Shown here piece by piece: positions 46,073-57,788 of a stretch of DNA of 64,000 nucleotides. The translations under genes and the position numbers were made by a program. The DNA lies in NCBI GenBank assembly GCA_964019335.1, contig OZ025652.1:372001-436000 (forward strand). The letters are read 5' to 3'. The notes under the pieces are model-generated. The model ran no database searches. It was not told the origin of the DNA and was given only the letters and a program-made list of their open reading frames with translations. The stretch comes from Diplonema japonicum. Taxonomy: Eukaryota; Protista; Euglenozoa: Diplonemea. How positions within the stretch are numbered: position 1 is the stretch's first letter; each line of letters begins with the position of its first letter.

Positions 46073-47194
46073 TCACGCCTCCTGTCCTGGCGAGGCCATG
46101 AGTGTTGCTGGGGAAGACTCGCCAATGGAAGGAGGGGGGTGGTTAGTGATGGACTTGGCGGGGGTCGCGGCTTCGATTTTTTTAGAACCGAATATTTCCC
46201 TGAGACCGACTCTGGCTAGTCTCAGCGAGTTCAAGTCCGACGCCCCTTCCTTGGCCCCGTCTTCAATCCAGTAGTGGTACTCGTAGTCAAGTTGTTTTCG
46301 CTCTTCTAAGAGCTCTGCCTCTAAGTCGTTTCGAATCTGTTCAGCGTTGTCGTCCGGCATTTTAGGATCCTTTGAACGGGCGTAGTATTTCTCCGTACGA
46401 CGCAATCGACTGGACGCTGATTCGATGGCACCTTTTATGCTCTTTTGCTTCAGCAAGTTGTACACTCCAAGGAGGAACATATGAAAGCCAGCCCCAACGA
46501 ACCCAAAAGAGCTCAAACACGCGAGGAAAATAATCATGTAACCAGTCCCCACGATGTCTCCAAATAGGTACCCAGCAAGGGCATTGAACACACCCCCCCT
46601 GCTTTGTGAAGCAACCTGACGGGCGCAGATCCAGCAAGTACCTAGAATAAGCAAACCGGTACTGATTTGGAACCAGTAGTATAGGTTTTTTCTGGTGTAT
46701 TCGATTTTCACTGATTCAAGCTTGTCGAAGAGCTCGTCAAGTGGTTTCTGGACTGTGTAAGGGAGCGGCTTTGCCGTGCGTCTTCCCATAATATACTGCC
46801 TTCCGTAGGTTACTAAAACCCCGAGAACGATCCCTGCCAGACCACTTACGAGATCAACGTTGTTTCTGATGCTCGTTGGTTCCGTGTTCTTGACCTTGTC
46901 AGCCTCCTTCCTGCCTAGCCGGATCTGCAGGTTATCGAACTTCTCCTTGAGAATAAAGTACTTATCCTTAAAATCGACATTCGTCGGTGCTGCCTTCGCC
47001 TGCGTCGTAAAGCACGTGTCCCCCATTTTCGTCAGTTTCTCCACCGCCTCCGGACACTGCTTCTGCAGCAATTCCATACACATATCCTTCCCTTTTCTGC
47101 ACGTTATTAAACTCTGCTTCAACTCCGTTCCACTATTCCCTTCACACCACACCACACATGTTAAGAACAACAGTGTAAAGGTGGATTTATACAT
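46073..47194 (-). CDS. Signal-peptide multi-pass membrane protein of unknown function
   Basis: 373-aa ORF with an N-terminal hydrophobic signal, 3-4 TM segments and coiled-coil segments. Confidence 0.7.
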   Translation of the reverse strand: MYKSTFTLLFLTCVVWCEGNSGTELKQSLITCRKGKDMCMELLQKQCPEAVEKLTKMGDTCFTTQAKAAPTNVDFKDKYFILKEKFDNLQIRLGRKEADKVKNTEPTSIRNNVDLVSGLAGIVLGVLVTYGRQYIMGRRTAKPLPYTVQKPLDELFDKLESVKIEYTRKNLYYWFQISTGLLILGTCWICARQVASQSRGGVFNALAGYLFGDIVGTGYMIIFLACLSSFGFVGAGFHMFLLGVYNLLKQKSIKGAIESASSRLRRTEKYYARSKDPKMPDDNAEQIRNDLEAELLEERKQLDYEYHYWIEDGAKEGASDLNSLRLARVGLREIFGSKKIEAATPAKSITNHPPPSIGESSPATLMASPGQEA

Positions 47195-47396
47195 TTCTCT
47201 TGGAGGGGGTATATCTTAAAGGTATAATTTAAAGAGGGGGGGAATGCGGCTTTGTAATTGGAAGAACAACACACTATTCCTTTTTTTGGCGTGAGGAAGA
47301 GGGGATAAAAAAAAATTGACACTTCTTAAAAAGAAAACACCGACACTGTTTTTTTTTTTTTTTTTTTGTATTTTTTTTGTTAAAACCCCCTTCTTC

Positions 47397-50300
47397 CTAA
47401 TGGTAGTCTCTCCCCTGGCGGCTGCCCCTCGATGGGGAGTTTCCACGTTTTTCCCTTTTCGACCTGTGGTCTTCGCTGTTACCGTCACGCTCTCTTTTGC
47501 TGCTGCCCGATTCAGTCTTGTCATGCCTGCTGCTCTTTGAGCTTGTGTTCGTGCTCCTCGATGACTCCTTGCTGTCTTTGTCCTTCTTTTTCTCTTCCTT
47601 GTCCTTCTTTACAGGCCCCTTTTTTTTTTTTTTCTTTTTTTTTTTTTTGAACAGACCTCCATGACCTCCTTCTTACTAGGCGGCGGCTTGTCGTCGAAGA
47701 AGGCATTTATCACTTCAGAGCTCACATTGTAGATGTTCCCAGCATTCTGCTGCCTTCGCAAGATCGCAGTGTAGGCAGTGGCGGGTGCTTTCAATGCCTC
47801 GTTCTGTTTTTTTTTTTAAAAAAAATATTTTAATTTTATTAATTCTTACGGAAGGGCAATAAGAATACCTCCATCAGCGGTTTGATAGCATCTTCGATCC
47901 TACTATTAACTATATCATGCATAGGGAAGTGCGTCTGCAGGCCGCGCAGCATTTCAAATGCCTGTTTTTGCTCGTGTGGGTGTGCGGACCTGCCCAGGAT
48001 CCTGATGATGCCTCTTGCCAAGACTGCGTGGCCTTTAGCCAGATCATCCTTAGATACTGTCTTTGCCTCCACTCCTGTGCTCCAGTCGGCTAGTACGCAC
48101 TTCATAAAGATGCTCACCCGCCTCACTTCTATTTCAGTGCAGGATGACATCAACATAGGTACTGCCCTGCAGAGCAGTGTGTAGAAAGCATGCGCAGGGA
48201 ATCCCAATGTTGCAACGGTCGATATGAACTTCGCACTGTACGTTGCCTCCTCTGCAGAGAGCAGCACACGCGGCCATATGCACACTTGCAAGAACCCATA
48301 CAGTTTGTCATCACTGGAGTCCTCAGCGAGCGACCCCACGATCGCCTTTCCGTTGTTCTTCATCTTCGCCATGTTCTGCCCGACGGTCTTTTCCTGCTTC
48401 TTCTTCTCCGTTTCCAGCCCGCTCAGCAGTTTTTTGTTCGCCGCCAGCTCCTTCTTGTCCCTCGCCCTCTCCGACTTGCTCTCCTCGTCTTCGATTTTTT
48501 TCAGCAGATCTTTGATCAGCTTCTCGTACACAGCTTCCGCCTTGCAGATATCCTTCAGCTCCAGCGACCAGAAGGCAAGGTACAGGTCTGCGTTTGACTT
48601 CAAAACTTCAGGCAGCAGGTTGTTCACAAAGTCGATACCCTTGCCGTACATGACAGACACGTCCTCTGACGACAGGAGGGGCTTCGAAGCGTGGTGCCGC
48701 GACAGCAGCTGTGCCACTGACGGGATGATTCCTTCGTTTTCAACGAGGTCGGCCACCTTGAACTGGAAGATGGGAGTGTCTTTTGCTGCGTCTGTATCCA
48801 GCAGAGACAGCTTCGCGAACTGAATAGTTTGCATGAGCACGCTGTTCACAGCCTGCTGCTGCTGCTTCACCATCCTGAGGTTCACCCCCTGGTTCCGCCC
48901 GTACTCCATCTCTGGGTCGAACGAGAACACCACTTTTGAGTGCAGCTTTGCAAGAGCCACCGCACACTTCGTGGCGATGTTGTTCACTTTCATCTCCTTC
49001 TTCAACACCCTGCACAGCCTTGCTGTGTTCTTCTGTGTTGACGCTTTCCCTTGGTCATACAGATGCCCGCATTCAACCCTTACAAAGCTCCCTGCCTCCA
49101 GCACTTTCATCTGGAAGTCGTTCAGGTCCTCGCTCACATCGACGCTAGCCGCCTTCAACATCTCCGATAGCACAATAAGCTCATGGGGGTGCCCCATTTG
49201 CGCGTGCCACAGCATGTACTGCAGCATGGGGCGGATGTCGTACTTGAGAGCGTTCTTCTTGTAGAACAGCGCTGTGAAGTGGCCCAGGTTGGACAGCCAG
49301 TCGTCGAGGTTGACCTTGTCTGCCTTCAGCCTGTCCTTGGTAGTGTCGGACATGAGGGAAATCATCTTGTAGGACATGACATCCATGGAGAGAGGTGCGA
49401 AGCTCTTCAGCGCGTCAAGGATGGCGGGGATGAGGTCCATCCCGTAGGTCATCACGTGCCGGAAGATGGTGCTGAACAGCACCAACGGTGACGTCTGCGA
49501 GAGCTTAGCGAGCTTCTTGGCAAGCTCGCCAGTGTTGTCATGTGTGAGGCGGCGCAGCACCCTAGTCGTAGCCTCCGTCAGCTTTGCTGAGGCCCACTGC
49601 AGCTCGAAGTCGTTGGACTCGAGAAGAGCGTTGACCTCTTTGTACATCATGAATCGCGACCTGAAAGGGAGGTACTTGATAAGCTTCCACAATGCGTGCG
49701 ACAGTGCAGGCGGTGTTGCTGCGACACTGTCGAGGATGTCACCTTCCTTCTTGTCGGTTCTCTCAGCACCCGTCATAACAGAGATGGCAGGCATAAAGGC
49801 TTGCGTGCACAGCTTCATGATAAGGCTCTTGATCCTCTCCTCTGTCTGCGAACTGTCGACCTCCATGTCGACTTCCTCCTCGTCGTCCGACTCCTGCTCG
49901 CCGGAAGCCGCGTCGTTCGTAGCGCAGCAAAAGGTCAAGCAGTTCACTATCATAGAGAATAGGTGCAGGTTGGACTTCAGGTGGTGTCCCAGGTGGCAGA
50001 TCAAGGGGGTAAGCTCCTCCAGTGCGGTAAGGACCGCTGTGATGTTCTCCTCTGTCCTCTCGCTGTCATCAGCGATTTTGTCCGAGATCACGGTGACGCG
50101 CTTTGCGAGCTCGACAGAGAGCCCCCTCGCTAGGGGCTGGTAGGTCATCGGCTGCAGATCCTTGAAGCCATCGAGGAGGGAGATTGCCACGTCGAGGGCA
50201 CCGCACCTGATCACACCCAGGATGAGCCCGTAGTGGTCGTTGAACTTATAGCAGTTAGGTACCTTACAGCCGTAGTACTCCTGGTCGAGGCCTTTCTTGT

Positions 50301-51162
50301 CGATCCCTGCAAGCTGCTCGACGACCGACAGCTTCTTGGCGATGTAGTCCTCTGCTTCCTTCTGCAGCACGTCGAGAGTGGGCTGCAGGTAGGGGATGAG
50401 GTCGGAGTAGAATGCAAGACCTTCCTTGAGAAGGTATCCTGCGACGGTGTGCAGGGAACTGGGGGTGCTTTCGTAGAAGGTGATATCAACACCGCTGACG
50501 TCTTTCATTAACTGTTGCACGGCGGGGACCTTAGCCCATTGGGGGAGGACAGACTTCTCAATGTGGTGGTGCAGGTAGCGGAAGCCGATCAACTCGACCA
50601 CATCAACGTTGAGCTCCTTGACGACGGCTGAGGCATGGCTGGGCTCATCGGACAGCGAGGTGTGGTACTCCCATGCAGTGAGGAGCAGGTCGACACACCT
50701 GTGCGGGTAGAGGCTGTAAGTACCTATGCAGGACTGGATGTACTTCAGCGTAGCTTCGGGGCCTTGCTTTCCCATTTCATGGATGAGGAATGCCCACAGC
50801 TTGCAATACCCTTCAGTCGCTTCTTCCTTGAGATCGTACGATTGAGTCTTTTTGTTCCTAGTGTTGCCTCTCTTCCTCAAGGCATCCGCCAGAGCTTTCC
50901 CATCGATCTTTCCTGTGGTGCGTGCTGCCAGCAGTGCAGCAGGCAGCCTTGCGTTCATCTGCTCCTTCCCAAGCTTCCCTTCCACTGCGGTCATCAGGCT
51001 CTTCAAGTGACTCTCCCTCGACTCGTTTCCTGTGCTGTAGTGCACGAGAGCCCACAACACATCGCATAAGTTGTCCCCCTCCTCTTCCACAAGCAATTTT
51101 GCAAAGTCCTCCGCCTCCTTGGAGAGGGCTAGGTCGAACAGCGCCTCAACACTGCGCACCAT
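47397..51162 (-). CDS. THOC2: THO complex subunit 2, 3 exons
   Basis: YDLKEEATEGYCKL, CIGTYSLYPHRCVDLLL, LRRLT, LYLAFWSLELKDI, FLQVCIWPRVLLS. Exons 51162-47869, 47803-47657, 47618-47397. Confidence 0.85.
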
Positions 51163-51363
51163 GGTACCTGTCTTGGCATTGATAAGAGGTGAAACGGGGG
51201 GGAAAAAAGAACTGCAAAAAAACACTGCAATAAATGGTTTTCTCTCGGGGGTGTAGTCCACACACATAGAAGAACAATGGAAAAAAAGAAGAAGAAGAAA
51301 AAAACAGATATAAAAAACAGAACAGATCAGGAAGGAAGGAAGGAAAGAGCAGTTCCTTCGCTT

Positions 51364-51873
51364 TCAACTACCGTCCATAGCTTTTACGGCTTTTTGAGTT
51401 CGGATCATTTCGTCAAGGGCTCGGACCGTCTGTGAGGGTGTGGGTTTGCGTTTAGGATAAAAGCAGCGTTTTCTTTGAAGGCATACCTCTCGCGCGTCGG
51501 ATTCAATGACAGTCGCCCAGTTGGCCATGTCGCCGAGCTCCTTCAGAGAGTTGTTGAAGCTTTCGAACAATGCAAGCCAACCTTGTGATTGTTTATAGAA
51601 ACGTTCAGCTTGCCCTTGCAGCTCCTTGCTTTCAGACTCCAGCACGTGCTGGTTCGTGAAAATATCTAGCACGTCTCTGGGAATAGATTTTTTTTTTTTC
51701 TTTTTTTTTTTGGTTCTCTTCCCATACTTATTTACATTTTCCACCAATGCGGTGCTCACCTGCGGCACGATGCTCAGGACCTCTTTCAATTTTTTGTCGT
51801 TCGCCGCCCGTTTCGCCTCTCTTTTTTCTTTGTGGCTTTTGACCAGCGCGGCGATCGATGCTTCATCGGACAT
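51364..51873 (-). CDS. BLOC1S1: BLOC-1 subunit 1 (GCN5L1-like), 3 exons
   Basis: NQHVLESE, W......NNSLKELGDMANWATVIESD. In-frame introns 51677-51727 and 51430-51486. Confidence 0.85.
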   Translation of the reverse strand: MSDEASIAALVKSHKEKREAKRAANDKKLKEVLSIVPQVSTALVENVNKYGKRTKKKKKKKKSIPRDVLDIFTNQHVLESESKELQGQAERFYKQSQGWLALFESFNNSLKELGDMANWATVIESDAREVCLQRKRCFYPKRKPTPSQTVRALDEMIRTQKAVKAMDGS

Positions 51874-51973
51874 TTTTTTTTAAATTCCCCCTTCTCTCCT
51901 TGTCGAGTTTTTTTCTTCTTTTTTTTTTCTCGAACTCATAGAGAAAAATCTGGGGGGGGGGGGAACAGTTTTC

Positions 51974-52630
51974 TTAAAAAATATTAGCAGCAATCTTTCC
52001 CCGACGATGGTCGATGACCCTAGCACGGAGAAGACTGAGGTATGAACCTGGCTGGATTTCAAGCGTTTTGTTCTTAACAGGTTCGGGTGGAACAGGCGGT
52101 GTTTGCGGTACAGGCGGGGGTGTAGGGATCAGCGCGCCTTGCCTCGGCGTAGAACAAGAGGAATCCGAATCGGTGATCGACGGAGACCTGTTTCGAGGAT
52201 TTCTCTGAGATAATTTAAAAGCCCGGGACATGGCTTGCAGGGTTCGCTCGGTGAAGGTAGAGTTTGACTGCCAGGAAGAGAGCATCTCTTCAAGAGACGC
52301 AAGGTTCTGCGGGGTTTGATCGGAAACCACCACCCCCCACACCCAGCTTATTTCGGAGTTCAAATATTCCCTACAGAAACCGGGCCATTTCAACTGCCAG
52401 TTGTAAAAACAAAGGCTCAAAAGGTACAAAATTTCCAGCCTTACAACCGGTGAATCAGTGTCTTCAATTCTTTTTTCCACCTCCCCTATTACCGTTACAG
52501 CGGCATCAGTCCTTTCTAACACCCATTCTAAAACCATTTCATCCACATCAGTGCCTTTCTTTATTTCTTCTATGAGTTTTTCCAAATTTTTTACTTCTTC
52601 GATAGTCAACGATCTATCGTAGATGGGCAT
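51974..52630 (-). CDS. Hypothetical protein, possibly CID/VHS-like helical domain
   Basis: 218-aa ORF of complex composition. WVL..., RLEILYLLS and MLSSW....F motifs, Pro-rich tail. Confidence 0.55.
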   Translation of the reverse strand: MPIYDRSLTIEEVKNLEKLIEEIKKGTDVDEMVLEWVLERTDAAVTVIGEVEKRIEDTDSPVVRLEILYLLSLCFYNWQLKWPGFCREYLNSEISWVWGVVVSDQTPQNLASLEEMLSSWQSNSTFTERTLQAMSRAFKLSQRNPRNRSPSITDSDSSCSTPRQGALIPTPPPVPQTPPVPPEPVKNKTLEIQPGSYLSLLRARVIDHRRGKIAANIF

Positions 52631-53473
52631 TTTTGCTTTTCCCCCTTCCTCTTTTTTTTTTCCTTTTTTTTTTTTGTTATAATCTCAAAGGTATGGAAAA
52701 GAAAAAGGAATGGGCGGGGCAATGGGGAGAAAAAAAAAGCGGGGGGAGAACAGGAAAATAAAAAATATAAAAGTAAACGGGAGGATGAGGAAAAAGAAAG
52801 GGTGTAGAAAAAAATGGAAGGGGAGGGTTACAACAGGGGATAATGGAAGGGGGGGGGGGGGGGGAGCAGAAGAAAAGAAGAAAAAAAAACACAGGGATTG
52901 AATTGAAGGACGATAGCTTCTTATTTTCTTTTTTTATTATTTGCTTTCTTTTTCTTTGTCACTCCTTCACTTATACTCATTAAATGTCCCTTCACCACTT
53001 TTTTTTTAGCTAAAAAAAACAAAAGGGTGGAGAGAGAACAAAAAAAGGGAGGGGGGAAGGGGAGAGGAGGAAAAAAAAAACATTTAGGTCTATAAAAAGC
53101 CTTATTGCTTGTAGTAATTCTTTTTTTTTTTTGTATCGCTTTTCTTTTTTTTTTTTAAAATTCTTCTTGTAGATTTCTTTTTTAAATCTTTTTCCAAGGG
53201 GGTGAAAAAAAGGGGGGGGGGGGTCAACAATACGAGGGGGGAAAAAACAGAGAGGGAAAACAACAAAAAGAAATAATGTGGGAAACATTTGAATTTTTTT
53301 TTCCGATTTAAATTCTTGAACCCCCGTACTAGTCGAGCTCCTTTCGCAGGTCGTGACCAATGCGCTAATAGAGGAGATACTACGGGGCTATGCTACTGCT
53401 GTGAAGTGGTAAGGTGCTCAGTGAGCGGTACAAACAATGTTTCAATGGGAAAGAGCTGGCGATGGTCTGGCGT

Positions 53474-55072
53474 CTAGTAGCCCCTGGCGCCAGGGGAGTA
53501 GTGGGGAGATGCAGGGGCATAGTAGCACCTGTCCCACGCGTTCCTCTCGTCCCTCTCGGCCTCTTCCTTGGCCAAACGGATCTCATCTGCCCTCCTGCGT
53601 GCCCTCTCGTACTCGCGAAGAGCGTTTTCACGCTCAGGCGATGTGGGCTGCGGGGTAGACACAGCGGGTGCCTGGTACGCCATGGGCGATGAGTGCTGCA
53701 TGGGCGACGACTGCAGGGGAGGGGACGCAGCCCTGATCGAGTTGGCCCTGTTTTCCGCGTCGTTCTGCGCGCTGTGTGCCCTGTGTGCCTCGTTCTGTGC
53801 ATTCGCGTGCTGTGCCGCCGCCTGTTCTGCTGCTGCCATAGCCGCCGCGTGCTGAGACGCTGCCTGAGCAGCAGCTTCCTCGGCCGCCCTCTGCCTGTTC
53901 GCCAGTTCAGCAGCCTGCTGCTCCGCTAACATTTTCTTCTGCGAAGCATCGGCCGCCGCTGCTTGTGCTGCTCTCGCCTGATCCTGAGCAAGTGCCTGCT
54001 GTTCCCTTGCCCTGGCGTACTCCGCCTCCTGCCTGGCCCTGTTCTCAGCCTCCTGCCTTGCCCTAGCATCAGCCTCCGCCCTTGCCCTAGCCTCAGCTTC
54101 CTGCCTCTGCCTTTCAGCCTCCGCCCTTGCCCTGGCCTCAGCTTCGTGCCTCTGCCTGTCCGCCTCCGCCCTGGCCCTGGCTTCAGCTTCGTGCCTCAGC
54201 CTGTCCGCCTCCGCCCTTGCCCTAGCATCAGCTTCCTGTCTAGCCCTAGCATCAGCCTCTTGCCTTTGCCTCTCCGCCTCCCTGGCTCTGGCATACTCAG
54301 CCTCTTGTCTGGCCCTGGCCTCGGCGTCTCTCTGCTGCTGGTACATGCCCTGCAGCTCCTGCTGCCTCGCCATCTGGGCGTCGTATGAGGGGGGCGACTG
54401 GCCAGCGGGCATCCTGTCCTGGAACATGTCCCTCATCCTGAAGAACAGTGCGTCAACGAGGCCGGGCGCCTTGATGGCGAAGTTAACCCACTCGTCGTAG
54501 GTGATGTGGTTGGACCTGTTCTGGTCGGCCATTGTGAAGAGGTCGCCTGCTGTCGAGCTAGTGAACTCCATGTCGCACTTCCTGAAGGCGCCCTCGAGAT
54601 CCTGGTAGAGGAGGTAGCCTTTGTTCTGGCCGTCGATCTGGAAGAAGACAGACCTGAGTTTCTCGGAGAGGGTGGGCGGGACACCTGCGTCGTTGGCGAT
54701 CCTAGCTCTTCTGGGGGAGCCGAGAGGGGTTGTGAAGGTGGCGACGGGCTTCTCAGGGTCAGGGATGACACCCTGGGCGTCGCTGTGCCAGATGGACTCG
54801 GGCTGGAAGCACCACAGCTGGACGTTAGGCCTGAGCTGCTTCGAGTCGTAAAGGTCGACCCACCTGAGCAGCGTGTCGTCGAACACTTGGAAGGTCTCGA
54901 TCCTGAAGGGCGTGTCAGGGTACCCAGCGGGCCTGTTCGCCCTCGCCTTCACATCGAACTGCGTCTCCGCAGCAGCCGCAAGCTCAGCAAGCGTCGGAAC
55001 AGTGGCAAACCTGAGCTGGGTGTTCACCTTCGTCCCGTAGAGGTCGCTACCGCAGTCAATCACGAAAGACAT
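53474..55072 (-). CDS. BILBO1-like flagellar pocket collar protein
   Basis: N-terminal domain (SDLYGTKVN..L.F...P...EL...AE..F, RP, WVDL...QL....QL..FQP...WH...Q..IP), two EF-hands and a long A/E/R/Q coiled coil: the trypanosome BILBO1 architecture. Confidence 0.8.
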   Translation of the reverse strand: MSFVIDCGSDLYGTKVNTQLRFATVPTLAELAAAAETQFDVKARANRPAGYPDTPFRIETFQVFDDTLLRWVDLYDSKQLRPNVQLWCFQPESIWHSDAQGVIPDPEKPVATFTTPLGSPRRARIANDAGVPPTLSEKLRSVFFQIDGQNKGYLLYQDLEGAFRKCDMEFTSSTAGDLFTMADQNRSNHITYDEWVNFAIKAPGLVDALFFRMRDMFQDRMPAGQSPPSYDAQMARQQELQGMYQQQRDAEARARQEAEYARAREAERQRQEADARARQEADARARAEADRLRHEAEARARAEADRQRHEAEARARAEAERQRQEAEARARAEADARARQEAENRARQEAEYARAREQQALAQDQARAAQAAAADASQKKMLAEQQAAELANRQRAAEEAAAQAASQHAAAMAAAEQAAAQHANAQNEAHRAHSAQNDAENRANSIRAASPPLQSSPMQHSSPMAYQAPAVSTPQPTSPERENALREYERARRRADEIRLAKEEAERDERNAWDRCYYAPASPHYSPGARGY

Positions 55073-55215
55073 TTTTTTTTCTTCCTTTTTCTTTTTTTTT
55101 TTTGTTGTTGTTTTCCTTTAAATACTGTTTTTGTTCATTATGTGGTACACGAATTGTGCAAATAAAAAAAGGAGCCCCCCCCCCCCCCCTTCATTCTTCT
55201 TTCTTTTTTTTAAAG

Positions 55216-56430
55216 TCAGTCAAAGGGTATGTCTTCTAGCTGACAACACCTTTTAAGGAGCGCGTTAGAATGACACAGTTCGATGTCGAAATGCGGAGAA
55301 GAGAAGGCGGCCGCTGAGCCAGACGTGTGAGATGGCTTGATAACAAGCAAGGTTTTGAGGTTAGGCAAGTTTATAGGGAGGATATCTAAAAGCTCTTCAA
55401 CGATATAAGGCCTACACACCACAGTAGTCAAGGTGTCTGACGCAGGAAGAGGGCATGCTGCCTCTAAGACACCAAGCACTCTGACAAAAGGAGGAAGGGA
55501 GACAACACCGTTCAACCCATCTTTAAGAGGATGGTTGAAGCTACATAAAACAATTTTGAGGCTTTCATGCTCGCAAGGTATGAAGCTCTCTATCCTCCCA
55601 ATGGGCTCCATGAACCGATGGGTCAACAACGCCCGGATATGCTGATTTTCATCAAGAAAACCTCGTTTTAACGCTCGGCTTGTTTCAATAACATCAACAG
55701 AAGGGGGTATTGTAAACTCACCACATGACACAACACCCGTCTCCCATAAAACCAGGGTGGTCACAGATGCAGGGAAGCAAGAGGATACGGTTGATAAATA
55801 ACCTTTATCTGAGAGGCCCAAAGAAACAGCACGAAGAGACGGCAGTGTATCGAGAACATGCGCTGTGTAATTCGTGGATATTTCGAAATATCTCTTGAGC
55901 AAAAGGCAGTGTTTGTACTGGGTATTAAAAAATTTCGATGTTGAAAAACATGCAGCTGCGATTGACGGTGTTACAGGGAGGTAGTCAAGTGCGGTGACGA
56001 GACAGTCGACAGCGAGCTTTTGAAAACCTTTGAGGTCCGGGTATGGGTTGAACTGTACTTTTTTTTTTCTTTGCTTGATGTTTTCTAGCGATTTTTCCAG
56101 CCTTTTTTTGTCGATGGCTGTGAGTTTTGGCGGTGTTGGGGAAACAGTCTCTTTTTTCGGTCTATCCGGTTGTTTTACCTTTTCCCTCTCCCCCACCAAC
56201 CTCCCTGTCAGCAATTTCTGCACCATTTTCAAATCCACCCCCACGGTGTCACTAACCCTTTTGCATCTTATTGCCGCGGTCTCAGAACCCAGCCTCCCCG
56301 GTGGTTCCTTTTTCTCTCGTTTCACTTCGCCTCCTAGACGCGTTACCAGCCTCACCAAAGCCTTGTGGAGATGCGTCACTAGCTTCTCCAAATCATCAAA
56401 CGCATTTACATCCGCTTTTCTAAGAGCCAT
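55216..56430 (-). CDS. Hypothetical protein (possible degenerate LRR C-terminus)
   Basis: Long complex ORF from MALRKAD; LPSLRAVSL and LPNLKTLL-type segments. Confidence 0.6.
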   Translation of the reverse strand: MALRKADVNAFDDLEKLVTHLHKALVRLVTRLGGEVKREKKEPPGRLGSETAAIRCKRVSDTVGVDLKMVQKLLTGRLVGEREKVKQPDRPKKETVSPTPPKLTAIDKKRLEKSLENIKQRKKKVQFNPYPDLKGFQKLAVDCLVTALDYLPVTPSIAAACFSTSKFFNTQYKHCLLLKRYFEISTNYTAHVLDTLPSLRAVSLGLSDKGYLSTVSSCFPASVTTLVLWETGVVSCGEFTIPPSVDVIETSRALKRGFLDENQHIRALLTHRFMEPIGRIESFIPCEHESLKIVLCSFNHPLKDGLNGVVSLPPFVRVLGVLEAACPLPASDTLTTVVCRPYIVEELLDILPINLPNLKTLLVIKPSHTSGSAAAFSSPHFDIELCHSNALLKRCCQLEDIPFD

Positions 56431-57075
56431 TATTTCCCCCCCCCTCTCTTTTTTTTTATAATACCCTTGTTGATTTGGGTGAAAAGGAAGCACTTTAAAA
56501 AAAAAGAGGGGGGGGGAAAGTATCGGATGTAAAAAAAAAAAAGAAAAAACTTTTTTTCTTTCTTTTTCAGACACAAGACCGGGAAGAAGAAGAAAAAGAA
56601 AGAGAAAAAAAAAAAGAAAAAAAAGGATGGAGTGGGAAAGTGGGTGCATAATAATAATTAAAAAAAAATCTTTTTTTAAAAAAAAAGCATATGGCACTTT
56701 CTCATTTCTTTTTTAACTTCTTCTTTTTTTTTTGGAATATAAAGAATTCACTCTGCCTCCACACACATATCCCTCTTCGTCTACGGCCGACGACCCCTTT
56801 TTTCCTATTTTCTTTTTTTATATTTTTATTTTTTGGAATTCGGGCGATAGGGGAGTACTTGTTCCTGGAGGGAGGGGGGAAATAGAAAAAGGAAGCGTGA
56901 GGGGTTAAAACTTTTATTTAAAAAAAAAAGAATAAAACAGATACGGGCAGCAGGGGTGACAAGATGCAAAATGGCGCCAAACATCTTCATAATTTTTATT
57001 TTCTTTCTAAGACCAAATCAACAACACAACAAAAAAAAAAGAGGAAAAAAAAGGACGAACTACCGCTGTGTTGCG

Positions 57076-57109
<34 letters not shown>

Positions 57110-57389
57110 ACGCCTTTCAAAGTATCCTATTTTTTTCTCTTTTTTTTTTTCTTGTGCCCTCCTTGTTAAGATAGAAAAGATGGAGAAGAAAAAAATTAAA
57201 CAAGGAGAAAGAGTGGTGGGAAAGAATAAGAAAAAAAAAACCCCACCGTTGATGGAGGGAGAAATTTACTTAATTCTTCCCCATACATAAAGAAAAAAAT
57301 TAAAGAAAGGCTGCACAACTTGTCTAAAGACACCCCCCCCAGAAGAAGAACATATAAAAAAATAAAACCTGTGAAAGGAGAGAAGGATC

Positions 57390-57391
<2 letters not shown>

Positions 57392-57422
<31 letters not shown>
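57392..57422. repeat. (CA)n microsatellite
   Basis: About 15 CA units. Confidence 0.9.
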
Positions 57423-57430
<8 letters not shown>

Positions 57431-57641
57431 AAAACAAAACAACAGCACAATTCTTGAATAAGACAATAAAAGTTGCCGCATCACAATGACCACATTCCAA
57501 CCCCAGCTTTCACAGGGCAAAAAAAAAATAAACTGTAAAATGAAAACCCCCACAAACTGACAAATACCCGAGCTGCTATTGCTATTTTTTTTAATTTTTT
57601 TTTTTGGGAAGGCTTTTGTCAATCCAGACATTTTTCACTGT

Positions 57642-57678
<37 letters not shown>

Positions 57679-57704
57679 CCCCGAACCACGCTTTTTTTTT
57701 TTTT

Positions 57705-57748
57705 TTAGTTCTCCTCTTTTTGCTGACTCTTCTGGATGTCTCGTTCGA

Positions 57749-57788
<40 letters not shown>

